Positions 1-12,700 of a stretch of 64,000 nt of DNA are shown here, in pieces. Made by a program: the position numbers and the translations under genes. Under the pieces are notes generated by a model. The model was not told the DNA's origin. It saw only the letters and a list, made by a program, of their open reading frames with translations, and did not search any database. Position 1 is the first letter of the stretch; the number at the start of each line of letters is the position of its first letter. Origin of the DNA: Haliotis cracherodii (Eukaryota); NCBI RefSeq assembly GCF_022045235.1, contig NW_027266297.1, forward strand, positions 43,152,001 through 43,216,000. The letters run 5' to 3'.

Positions 1-307
1 CATGCTGAGGAAATACATCAAAACTGTTTGGCAGGAAACCAAGCAAGCAACGGCAAGGTAGTGGCTCCCGGAACGGCAGGCAAGGGGATAAGATGCAGGT
101 TAAGTCCTCTCGGAACAGAATGGTGGTCTGAAAAGGTAGAGAGAACATCGCCTGACAAAGGGTAAAAGTAAGGTATTCCGTATCCGGCCCAAAAGAGGGG
201 GAAAAACAGGACCAAAACTTTACTAGGTACCAACAGAACAGTACCCAGCAACCCAAGAGGAACAGCATATAAAGCCATGTTCCTCGGAAATGGTATGGTC
301 AACGGCA

Positions 308-987
308 TCAGGAGTTGGTCAGCTGCTGGGCCAGGACAAGTGAACCAAAGCTATGCATACCTTTGACGTCCTCCACACAAATGTTGCTGAGATAATGGCT
401 GGCAAAGAAAGTAGATGACCAGAAGTACCCCTCCATGATGGACCGGATGGAGACCTTAACATGGAGGGCCAGCAAAGAAGACAGGGCACGGATCTCATGT
501 GGATTGGAGGCTGTTGGTGGTGATAAGCCCTCAGGATAGGGGAACGAAGCCAAAGGGAGACTGTATTACAGGAGATCTCTGAAGAGACACAGGGATGAGG
601 GATGAACAGCCTCTGGCACTGCTTACGATGCTGCTGAGACACCTGAAGATAACGACTGAGAGCCCGAACCAGGCAATGGGTGAGCTCTAAGTCATCATCA
701 GGACCAATGATCTCCGAAATAGGCGGGACATGAAATTGCCGATCAGGTTGGCCAGGCATCTGATTTTTTGCGACAAAGTCCCAGCAAAGGCCAAGGTGAA
801 CCAAACCGTGAGGGCATTGGTCGAACTGGACTCGGGTCACATCCAGGGCATGAAGCTCGCTAACCCTGGCAGCAGTTGCAAGGGCCAGGAGAAAGCAAGT
901 CTTCAACGTGAGATCTTCAAACGTAAGTGGCTCATACAGGGCCCGGCGTAAGTCCTGCAAAACAACATTGAGATCCCAAGCTGACAC
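308..987 (-). pseudogene. DIRS tyrosine recombinase, frameshifted
   Basis: WDLNVVL...TLKTCFLLALATAARVSELHAL with the catalytic Arg motif. The C-terminal HEIR box and FASHYL lie in a different frame. Confidence 0.85.
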
Positions 988-1055
988 TTCTTAGTCTGGT
1001 CCTCTAGCCTAAAAAGAGGGCAAAGAGGGCGGGGAGCGATGATAGCCGGGAATCT

Positions 1056-2560
1056 CTAGCGATCTTCAAGACAGAATTGAGCGCAGCAAGATAAGCCGCA
1101 ACACGGGTTCGCTGGAGAGATGAAGGAGCCTGGAAAACCAAATCCGTGCTGGCCAGTAAGGCAGAACCAAAAGCAGATCCAGAGACAGGTCTGGGCCAAT
1201 TTCTGAATGACCTGAGGGAGAAGAACTTTTGGCGGAGAAGTGTACACGCTTAGGCCGACTTAGGACAGAGCAAGTCTGTCTACCTACCAAGCAGCTGGGT
1301 CTGGGGCTTGAGACACGTACACCAGCAATTGGTGGTTGCTCACTGTGTAGAAGACATCGACGTTGGGAGTTCCCAGGCGGTTGTAGAAGAACCGCAAGGC
1401 GTCCAGATGGAGCATCTACTCCGTGGGAAATGGACGATAGGGAAAGGACAACCTGGAATGTGACTGGCTCAGATGAGAAGATAAAGACCAAACGAAACAG
1501 GCGAAAAGTCTGTAGACCGAGTTGACCCCTGTTTGTTGATGTAGTACACCACTGTGGAGTTGTCGGATGATGAGACAGGTGTTTCGGAGGAGCAGACGCC
1601 AATGACGAAGTCGCCCGAATGATTGCCTCCAACTGTAGATTGTTGATGTGTCCACAGGAGTCCAAAGACCGGAAGCAGTTTCCTGGAGAAGACTGGCACC
1701 CCATCCCTGTAGAGACGTGTCCATGAAGAGATGGTGGGTGGCCTCTAAGCTTGTCATTGAGGAACCACTAAGATGTTCGATGGGACTAGCCACCACTCCA
1801 GAAACGGGTGTAATTCCTCTCAGCAGAGAAAGAAGGGGACCGGACAGGTCAGAGCGCAAAAGGGAAGGAGAAAGAAGGAGAATGGGACACAGTTGCAGAT
1901 GACCCCTGGATTTAAGATCCTTAGCTGAAGTTAACAGGCCAAGAAGGCCCTGTAGCCCTGTGCAAGAGATTTGAAATGGCTCTCCTGACCCCAGATTGGA
2001 GAGCAGCAAACTGATCCTGAGTAACCTGTATCAAGGCGAGGTCTGTCAGAAAGAGCCCGCCTGAAACGCGCTGAAGAATCGGGGTCTGAGGGATGCTTTG
2101 ACCGTGGATGCAGTTATCGAGGTAGGCTCCAAACCAAATACCCCTGCAGTGAAGAAACACAACGATGAGTTATATGTGTGAATAACAATGGAGTCATGTA
2201 AATTCCAAATGGGAGCACTTTCAACTGGAAGACGAAGCGAAGGAAACAACAAAGCAATGCGTGAATGGTAACATGCAGGTAGGCATCCTGTAGATCCAGA
2301 CTGATGAGGTAGTCCATCGGTTGTAGTAGGTGGAGAACGGATGGAGATCATCTGGAAATGTGGCGGAGGCGCAAGATAGTTGAGACTGAATATCACCAGA
2401 TTGTGGATCATCGTCAGTTTGGACGAAGCCTCCTTTGGCACTAGGAAGATAGGACTTTCACTGCTGAGAGAGCTGTGAAAAGAGGAGGCGTTCCAAGTTA
2501 CTAAGGAGACGAAAATGCTGTTGATTAGCATCCTAACTCTGGGTCTCCTTGGCAACAGTA
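1056..2560 (-). pseudogene. DIRS reverse transcriptase / RNase H / MT-like ORF, heavily frameshifted
   Basis: FLVPKE, LDLQDAYLHV, VLPFG, AYLDN (YxDD-like), MDTSLQGWGA and DNSTVVYYINKQG are spread across several frames. Confidence 0.8.
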
Positions 2561-3707
2561 GGGATCTGGCCATTGAAGAGAGCCAAACCAAACCAAGGAT
2601 GGTGCACCAATTACGTCTTGAAGGACGGATCCCAGGAAGACTGCTTGAGCAAGGCAGAGCGCCAAGCAATGGTGATGGATCCAAGACAGTATTGGAGGTA
2701 AGAGCCAATTCAAGGCAGAAAGGAGCTGGTCATCAGCCTCATAGGGATTCTTGTCCAAGCAGTCTTGTATGGCTCATGCAGTCTTGTATGGCTGTGTTGG
2801 CAGAAGCCACTGCCGACACTGGATAAAGGGAGTGACAAGAGAATCGGTCATCGGAATTGAGGAACTTGGCCAAGAAGAACAAACAAGCATCCGAACCTCT
2901 CCATCAACAGGAGGGTAGACGCTGGCAAAGTCCATAGAGTGGGAGATGAACCAAGCAGGCATATCCACAGGAGTAAGAGACTTGGCTGGAGACGCTTCGT
3001 CATAGTCTGGTACAAAATGTTGCTCATCATCCGAAGGACGGCATGGGCAGAGACGGTCGAGAGATGATGACACGCTGGAGAAGGAGAAGTATGGTAGGAC
3101 TCCAAACACCAGAGGAAGAAGCGCTCAAACACAACCAGGGTGTGAAGTGCGACTAGCAGCAAACAAAAACATAAAACGTCTAATAACCAACAAAAAAAAG
3201 GAGAGATTCACCAAAAGTTTAAGAAAACTATATCAAAAAGTAGATTAACAAGCAACCTCGTAAACATGAGACGCCTGAAAGTTAAATTGGCGACCAATGC
3301 GCGAATTGTGCTAAGTTACGAGGCCCTGAACAAAAATGGAATTATCAAGGTATAAACCACAAACAAGCAGATATATCAAGCAGGGGAAGGATATATGGAG
3401 GTAACACCACCTGAAGACAAAATCTGATGACAAAACAAGGTAAATAGAAATAGAGGAAGTAGGGGCCAAGGGGGATAACTCATGGATGCCAAGTCATGGG
3501 CTGTAATCTGTTTCAACTGTCTCTTTGTTCCAGCACTCTCTGTTAGTATAAGGTATGGAAGCTAAAACACTGCGTAGCATCAGCTAAGGAAAAACAAGTT
3601 CCTTTGAAACATTATTTACATGTTATATTATGTTTCATGGTTTATAACATCATAGATCTCGTCTTTGGTAAACCTAGAACCTCTAATTGAAATCCCTGCA
3701 GACTTAC

Positions 3708-6700
3708 GATCCAGTCTCTAGTTTTGCAACATTGACTTTTTCAGGCATTGTGTGTTTTTTCCTCTTTGCTAGGGTACTGTTTTCATTCCCGAAGTAGTCC
3801 TTGTACAGGATGCTCATGGCCTCCTTGTCCTTCAAGGTCACTGCATGGTGCAGGGCTGTGGTTTCATCAGCGGTACTCCGATAATGGGAAAGCTGGAATG
3901 GTAAGCAAAGATATAATAAGCCTACAAACAATAATGCATTTTACATCAAATTGTCTTGCTACTGATTTGTTTTCTTACTAAGAGCTATAAGATATTCTAA
4001 ATTAACAGATATCCTATTTCAACAGTGTAAATTGTTACAAAACCAAGGTAAATTCAAAGCTCAATCCTCACATATCGAATCTTTTCTGTATCCTTGATTA
4101 ACTTCTTAAGCAGTTTGTAATCTTTCATTTGGACAGCTCGGAATACCAGCTTGGAGTGTGCATACTTGGACACAAAGGACACCGATTGGCTGCACAGGGA
4201 AAAAAGAACAGAAGGTTTTTTTCAGTTAACTTGTAACACAAATAAAGACATGATGAACATAATGCAAATGAACATAAGCTTGTTTCTTACTTTGTTTCAA
4301 AGAAAGGATCTTTCCTGTACACATGGACAGCAGGATTTGGATGTAGAGTCAGCTCATCAGGCTTTTTGGGGACTTTTCTCTTGCGCTCTGAAACAAAAAC
4401 CATCTGTAATTACTACTGGACTCAAGCCATATTTAATTTAATCATAAAGTGAAGAAATGTTCCTGACATAACGAGGAACTGGTACAAAGGCATACTGACA
4501 CAAGGAGGTATCGGTACAAGGAGGTACTAGTACAAGGAGAAACTGACGCAAGGGAGGAGTGGTATAAGGAGGTACTGACACAAGGAGGTATCGGTACAAG
4601 GAGGTACTAGTACAATGAGAAACTGACGCAAGGGAGGAGTGGTATAAGGAGGTACTGACACAAGGAGGTATCGGCATAAGGGGGTACTAGTACAAGGAGA
4701 AACTGATGCAAGGGAGGAGTGGTATAAGGAGGTACTGACACAAGGAGGTACAGGCACAAGGAAGGAGTGGTATAAGGAGGTACTGACACAAGAAGGAACT
4801 GATACAAGGAAGGAGTGGTATAAGGAGGTACTGACAAAAGGAAGGAGTGGTATAAGGAGGTACTGACACAAGAAGGAACTGATGCAAGGAAGGGGTGGTA
4901 TAAGGAGGTACTGACACAAGGAGGAGTGGTATAAGGAGGTACTGACACAAGAAGGAACTGATGCAAGGAAGGGGTGGTATAAGGAAGTACTGACACAAGG
5001 AGGAGTGGTATAAGGAGGTACTGACACAAGGAGGAGTGGTATAAGTAGGTACTGACACAAGGAGGAGTGGTATTAGGAGGTACTGACACAAGGAGGAGTG
5101 GTATTAGGAGGTACTGACACAAGAAGGAACTGATGCAAGGAAGGGGTGGTATAAGGAGGTACTGACAAAAGGAAGGAGTGGTATAAGGAGGTACTGACAC
5201 AAGGAGGAGTGGTATAAGTAGGTACAGACACAAGGAACGAATGGTATTAGGAGGCACTGACACAAGGAGACACTGATGCAAGGAAGGAGTGGTATTAGGA
5301 GGTACTGACACAAGGAGACACTGATGCAAGGAACGAATGGTATTAGGAGGTACTGACACAAGGAAGGAGTGGTATAAGTAGGTACAGACACAAGGAACGA
5401 ATGGTATTAGGAGGCACTGACACAAGGAGACACTGATGCAAGGAAGGAGTGGTATTAGGAGGTACTGACACAAGGAGGAGTGGTATAAGTAGGTACAGAC
5501 ACAAGGAACGAATGGCATTAGGAGGCACTGACACAAGGAGACACTGATGCAAGGAAGGAGTGGTATAAGGAGGTACTGACACAAGGAGGAGTGGTATTAG
5601 CAGGTACTGACACAAGGAGGAGTGGTATAAGGAGGTACAGACACAAGGAATGAATAGTATTAGGAGGTACTGACACAAGGAGGAGTGGTATAAGTAGGTA
5701 CAGACACAAGGAACGAATGGTATTAGCAGGTACTGACACAAGGAGACACTGATGCAAGGAAGGAGTGGTATTAGGAGGTACTGACACAAGGAGGAGTGGT
5801 ATTAGCAGGTACTGACACAAGGAGGAGTGGTATAAGGAGGTACTGACACAAGGAGGAGTGGTATTAGCAGGTACTGACACAAGGAGGAGTGGTATTAGCA
5901 GGTACTGACACAAGGAGGAGTGGTATAAGGAGGTACTGACACAAGGAGGAGTGGTATTAGCAGGTACTGACACAAGGAGGAGTGGTATAAGGAGGTACTG
6001 ACACAAGGAGGAGTGGTATTAGCAGGTACTGACACAAGGAGGAGTGGTATAAGGAGGTACTGACACAAGGAAGGAGTGGTATTAGCAGGTACTGACACAA
6101 GGAGGAGTGGCATAAGTAGGTACAGACACAAGGAACGAATGGTATTAGGAGGCACTGACACAAGGAGGAGTGGTATTAGCAGGTACTGACACAAGGAGGA
6201 GTGGTATAAGGAGGTACTGACACAAGGAGGAGTGGTATTAGCAGGTACTGACACAAGGAGGAGTGGTATTAGCAGGTACTGACACAAGGAGGAGTGGTAT
6301 AAGGAGGTACTGACACAAGGAGGAGTGGTATTAGCAGGTACTGACACAAGGAGGAGTGGTATAAGGAGGTACTGACACAAGGAGGAGTGGTATTAGCAGG
6401 TACTGACACAAGGAGGAGTGGTATAAGGAGGTACTGACACAAGGAGGAGTGGTATAAGTAGGTAAAGACACAAGGAATGAATGGTATTAGGAGGTACTGA
6501 CACAAGGAGACACTGATGCAAGGAAGGAGTGGTAAAAGGAGGTACTGACACAAGGAATGAATGGTATTAGGAGGTACTGACACAAGGAGGAGTGGTATAA
6601 GTAGGTAAAGACACAAGGAATGAATGGTATTAGGAGGTACTGACACAAGGAGACACTGATGCAAGGAAGGAGTGGTAAAAGGAGGTACTGACACAAGGAA

Positions 6701-9700
6701 TGAATGGTATTAGGAGGTACTGACACAAGGAGGAGTGGTATTAGCAGGTACTGACACAAGGAGGAGTGGTATAAGGAGGTACTGACACAAGGAGGAGTGG
6801 TATAAGGAGGTACTGACACAAGGAGGAGTGGTATTAGCAGGTACTGACACAAGGAGGAGTGGTATAAGGAGGTACTGACACAAGGAGGAGTGGTATTAGC
6901 AGGTACTGACACAAGGAGGAGTGGTATAAGGAGGTACTGACACAAGGAGGAGTGGTATAAGTAGGTAAAGACACAAGGAATGAATGGTATTAGGAGGTAC
7001 TGACACAAGGAGACACTGATGCAAGGAAGGAGTGGTAAAAGGAGGTACTGACACAAGGAATGAATGGTATTAGGAGGTACTGACACAAGGAGGAGTGGTA
7101 TAAGTAGGTAAAGACACAAGGAATGAATGGTATTAGGAGGTACTGACACAAGGAGACACTGATGCAAGGAAGGAGTGGTAAAAGGAGGTACTGACACAAG
7201 GAATGAATGGTATTAGGAGGTACTGACACAAGGAGGAGTGGTATTAGCAGGTACTGACACAAGGAGGAGTGGTATAAGGAGGTACTGACACAAGGAGGAG
7301 TGGTATAAGGAGGTACTGACACAAGGAGGAGTGGTATAAGGAGGTACTGACACAAGGAGGAGTGGTATAAGGAGGTACAGACACAAGGAATGAATGGTAT
7401 TAGGAGGCACTGACACAAGGAGGAGTGGTATAAGGAGGTACTGACACAAGGAGGAGTGGTATAAGGAGGTACAGACACAAGGAATGAATGGTATTAGGAG
7501 GTACTGACACAAGGAGGAGTGGTATTAGGAGGTACTGACACAAGGAGGAGTGGTATAAGTAGGTACAGACACGAGGAATGAATGGTATTAGGAGGTGCTG
7601 ACACAAGGAGACACTTTCACAAGAGGTACTAGTACAAGGAGGTAACGACACAAGGACCTACTTCCACAAGAGGTACCAGTACAAGGAGGTAACGACACAA
7701 GGACCTACTTCCACAAGAGGTACCAGTACAAGGAGGTAACGACACAAGGACCTACTTCCACAAGAGGTACCAGTACAAGGAGGTAACGACATACGGATGT
7801 CCTGTCAAAACGAGGTAATGGTAAAAGGAGTAACTGGTACTAAGGCGCTGGTACTAGTACACAGAAACTGATATTGGTACAGAGATACTGATACAGAGAT
7901 ACTGATGGTACACTGGTACATAAGTGTTGTGACAAAAAGAGAAAGCAAAATGACTCAGAAGATATCGTATTTTCTTGAGTCTAGTGTGCACTCTTTTCCA
8001 AAAATACAAAGCTGTGTAGAAGGAGGTGTGCATTATACACACAATAATGAGTTTTGATTGTCTTTTTTCCCCTAACACAAAGACATTTCCGTGAGCATGT
8101 AACACCGGAAATGCCATATCAACAAATCCATATTGGAGTACGCAAATGTAATCTTATAATTATGCAGTCTGGTTATTAAAAGTGTTCATTGTATATCTGG
8201 ACTTTGGACTGTTTGTAATCTATTTCATTAATTTTATCTATTTAGATTAATTTTGGTGAAATTGCGTGTGAAGCGGCCGGAAGATTGCATGACTCACTAT
8301 TATTTACAGCAACCACAGTCAGATTACCGTTATTGACGCCTTGAAACAAACTTTAGTTGATAGAGAATGGATACATATATCATGAATGCCACACTTTGAC
8401 TCGTAAAAAGTCATATTTGTTGTAGTTTGACTATTCTGTGTCAACATAAAGTTCTTGCGATCACGTGCGCGGGAGCCTCAACGGTGGCTGGTCAAATTGT
8501 TCCATGTCAAAAAAATATCCGGCCATAGTGATCAGCTGCACCGAAGTGCTATGCTTATGGTTATTAATGTTTTAAATATATATAGTAAAAGCTGCATCGA
8601 AAATAACACGATATTGGAAGATATTCTTCCTGACAAATTCCGATCATTGCATCAAAATTCTTTAAAGTTATATCATTGGGTAAGTTTTAACCATATCACC
8701 GGTAGATTCCAAGAAAAATGTTTGGACAGCTGATTGCTGTTTCCGGCTTGGGTAACGAGAAAATACACAAGGTAATCTTAATCTCTGCATGTGAATTAAT
8801 GCCTAGCAGGACAGAAAATATTATTTAAACTGTAAATCAACATGTCTGGTGATTTTTTATCTCAATTTTCAAATTCGTTTCTTATCACAGGTTCATTTAC
8901 CTGAATTCGCTGAAGGGGTACGGTGTAATTTTCTGCTGTGTATAATATTCAACAACAAATTTTCCAAAATACTGAATCCCCTAGAGGGGATGCGCATTAT
9001 ACTTTGGGGCACACTATACTCAAGAAAATATGGTATGTGTTCAGCGGAAATTCAACAAACATCACTGAAATAACAAAGAATACAATTTCACCTTTCTTTT
9101 CTTTTGGCTCTCTCTTCTTTTTCTCTCCAGGTGTTTTCTTAGACTTTGTTGACTTTTCTTTCTTCCCCTTTGTCTTTTCTTTCTTCCCCTTTGAAACTTC
9201 CTTGATCTTCTTCTCTATCTTCCTCTTCTTTTCTGGAGGTTCAATCTGCACAACTTCTTCAACTACAAGGGGAACATCACACACATGGTACTACAGACAA
9301 TAAGAAATGTTGCTTTTTCCTGGAAGACTAAGGGATTTTTAAAGTCAGTGTATTAAGGAGAGAACTCAAAATTCACTATGCACAGAATCATATACGACTG
9401 GTCGATTTGGGAAAATATTGATGTCAAAGTGAACATTACATTAATGTTGTTGACTATTATTCTAATAAATGTTAAGAAATCACAAAATATCTGGGCAGAC
9501 CTAGATGAAACAAATACAAAAAAACAACAGCATTAGTACCAACAATCTTCATGAGCATGATGAAAATGGTTAAAATGCAAGTGCTTAATAAAAAAATATC
9601 ATGACTCATGAAACACTGTCAATAAAATTTAGTTTGAATGACTTGAATCAAATTTGGCCAAGCCTCATATCTTTTTAACAACAAAGCAGTTATCTCCCCT

Positions 9701-12700
9701 TACTGTCGCTGTCCACATCATCAGCAGCCATGTTTCCCTTGGTCACATCCTCTACAACCTTCAACAGCTTATCAGCTTCCAGTCGATCTTCATGGCACAG
9801 CAAATACACTTTTCCTATTTTTGTTACACGGACATTGAACAGAATGCACCCAGGGTCAATCTCATCTGCATAGTCCAATAAAAAGTCGTTATCAATAAAA
9901 GCGTATTTTGGGGACAACCATCGGATTTTGACAGTCTTGGTTGTGTTGTAGACATTGTTTCGAAGGCGACACAGAAACCAGCCGCCTGGAAGAAACAGAA
10001 CAATCAGTGAGTGAAATGACACGCCTTGAACTGTATTTCAGTAAAACCACAACATGGAAGGAAAGCCTAATGTTAGCCCAGGTTGTTAATGGTGTAACGA
10101 TACGGCGATAAGTATTGTAACGCGATATGAGGCCCTCGATACAATGCATCACTTTACAATCCCTGTATCGCAATACATACAACACATTTCATTAAAAGTC
10201 ATATTGATGTAAAAACATGTGAATGATAAGAGAAACTGTTCAACCACCAGCATACATAGATTTTTTGGTATTTCAAAATATGGACATAACTTAATGACGT
10301 AACATTCACAGAGCCCTCTAGCTAATTATTCAGGGTTGTGATTTACCTGCAAAAAGAAAGAATATCAACTTGTGAAATGAAAGTACTGTATCGAAATAGG
10401 AATCGTCTCGCTCCCATAGTATAGGGATATGTATGGCATCGCAACCCAAAACTGTAGCATTACACCTCTACTGGTTGTACATATCTGTTTCTTTGGGTAA
10501 ACCTCAAATGAAAGCAATGAGCTGAAACTATCCGTAGGTGACTTATATTTCATAACAAGGCCAATAAAAAGAAAAAGGCTGACATGCTAAAATATCTCTA
10601 TATACATTAAAATTAGGACCAAAAAAATGTGTATTTTCCAAATTTGCCATCCAAATCTAAGATAAGTTCCTGAAGCCTTACCTATAACAGCAAAAGTATT
10701 AAAACCATGGTGTTATACGTTTCTTTTAGAGGCCACAATAGGCTGGCCTGTAGTCTCCAGCACTGCAGGGGAGAAAGTCTGCCCCTGGTGTAAGATTCAA
10801 AGCCAGGCAATGTCATTAAAATCAGATCTTAGTTTTCGCTACCGCTAACCAAAGATCTGAGGACATCCCATTACGAGTCCTGTCAGAATGACCTTTCGCG
10901 AACATTGACCGACCAATGAAATCCACATTAGCCAATCAGAAGGCATGCAGCTATCTCGAGCTTTACGGCACTAGTTTCAAACTGGCGACAACGCTTCGAA
11001 ACACATATTTTGACGTATTCTGGATTTAAAAAATTTAAGACTGACCAATACAACATTCTGGAATGGCTTATAGATGGCCTAGATTGTATGGATATAATCA
11101 TAAAACCTGTAACTGTCGGAATACCCCTTGTTAAATATTTCGAGGTTGCATAATAAGAAAACACATTCCGACGGTCACTTTCAGGATCTGCTAAGCGATG
11201 CTCTGATTGGTTGGATGAAAGGTTATGCTGACGTGAACCATAATGGGATGTCCTCAGATCTTTAGCGGTAGTGAGAACTAAGATCTGATTTTAATGAGAT
11301 TGCAAAGACAGGCCCTGCTAGTGCTTACCTTCTTCATTCCTGACAGTGACATAGGTACCTCTGATGTACCAAAGTGTCTTTGCATTTGGGTCCTTTGTCG
11401 CTGCGGTCTTCTTGGTTGGTGTTGTCACTGATGGACTTTTTGCAGTCAAAGATGGCGCTCGACCTGCCAGGACTGGTTTGGATGTCAAGGAAACATTTAT
11501 ACCAGCTGATGATATTTTTTTGGACAACTTCCTAGTTGGTGTTGGTGCAGATTCATCAGATTCTGATGACTTTCTTTTTGCAAACGTCACTTGACGGGAC
11601 GATTTTTTGGTCACTGATTCTTCCCTGTCCAGTTGAATTGTCGGACGTTTTGACAAGGGTGTCTTGTTGGAAGTTGACCTTCGTTGCAAGCCTGACCTTC
11701 CTGGAGTAGACTTATCCTCATCACTCTTATCAAGTTCCTTTGTGGACTGACGAGACAATGATGGCCGTCCATCTACTTTATCAGTTGTGTCTCTTTTGTC
11801 GCTGGTCTGTTTTGTGAATGATAATCTACTGGATAGTCGTTTAACCTGGAGAAATATTAACTATGTTAATGACATCAGATGAAAATAATCTTTGGAATGG
11901 AATGATGATAGTAGATAGTCAGATCATAGCTGAACCTTCCCACATCAAACGTTTCATGCTCAAGAATGTACTCTAGTTTGTATTCAGAGTATTTTGCTTT
12001 TCTCAGTTCAGGAGGCCTATATTTCAAATCTAAAAGATTCAATCTATCTATCAAAATGAAAACAAGGGTGTCACTGTGTATTTGATTGTGTTAGGCGTGC
12101 TAACATCCAAATTCAAACATTTCTTTAGAATCCTCTGAAGAAATCCATCAGTTTGATATCATTATTGTATTACTAATGCTATTCAATTTAAATATCTGAA
12201 TACTGACAAAACATTCCTCATCAAGAAAACATTCTAATTTCTGTTTGTTAGTGTGTTGAAATTTGAAGAAATTGATAAAAAGTGTGTATTTCCCTCAATT
12301 CTTAACATACAGCAACATACCATTGATTTCATGGATGAATTATTAATAACCATCCAATCGAAGTACAATGTACATTTGTAATGGGACAATTGTAATGTCA
12401 AATATGAAAACAAAAGAGGAAGTTCTAGAGTGATTGATTGAGTGAGTTTAACACCGTTGTCAACAGTATTTCTATTAAATCATGGCATGTCAGCCAAATG
12501 CTGGAGTTATGCCCAAAGAGATGAAAATCCTTGACATTTGCCACTTTGGTGAAACCCACTAGCAAGTGTATGGTGCTGACAAACCACAAAAATATAATGA
12601 GGACGAAGGCTTGATTTAAGGAACTTGATTTAACTTGCATCAGGTGCATGTTGACATGATATCTAGTTGCACCCTGGTCCCATGAAGTTTAAGGTGAGGT

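Larger units (their letters stand above)
1..3595 (-). mobile_element. Decayed DIRS-type tyrosine-recombinase retrotransposon inside an intron of the host gene; boundaries approximate and it may run past the window start
   Basis: Minus-strand domain order RT, RNase H, methyltransferase-like, tyrosine recombinase. Motifs: 'SLDLQDAYLHV..FQLKVLPFG' (2114-2317), 'HHLFMDTSLQGWGASL' (1416-2009), 'SDNSTVVYYINKQG' (1469-1699), 'LLLVLPYWPARIWFSRLL' (1066-1704), 'LTLKTCFLLALATAARVSELHAL...HCLVRALSRYL' (319-987), 'HEIRALSS' (308-553). Many frameshifts. Confidence 0.88.

Noticed and set aside
4438-7651. Many long minus-strand ORFs (CQYLLIPLLLVSVPP...)
   Set aside because: By-products of a minisatellite whose period is not a multiple of 3. 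Frames switch constantly, there is no leader, and the array lies in an intron.
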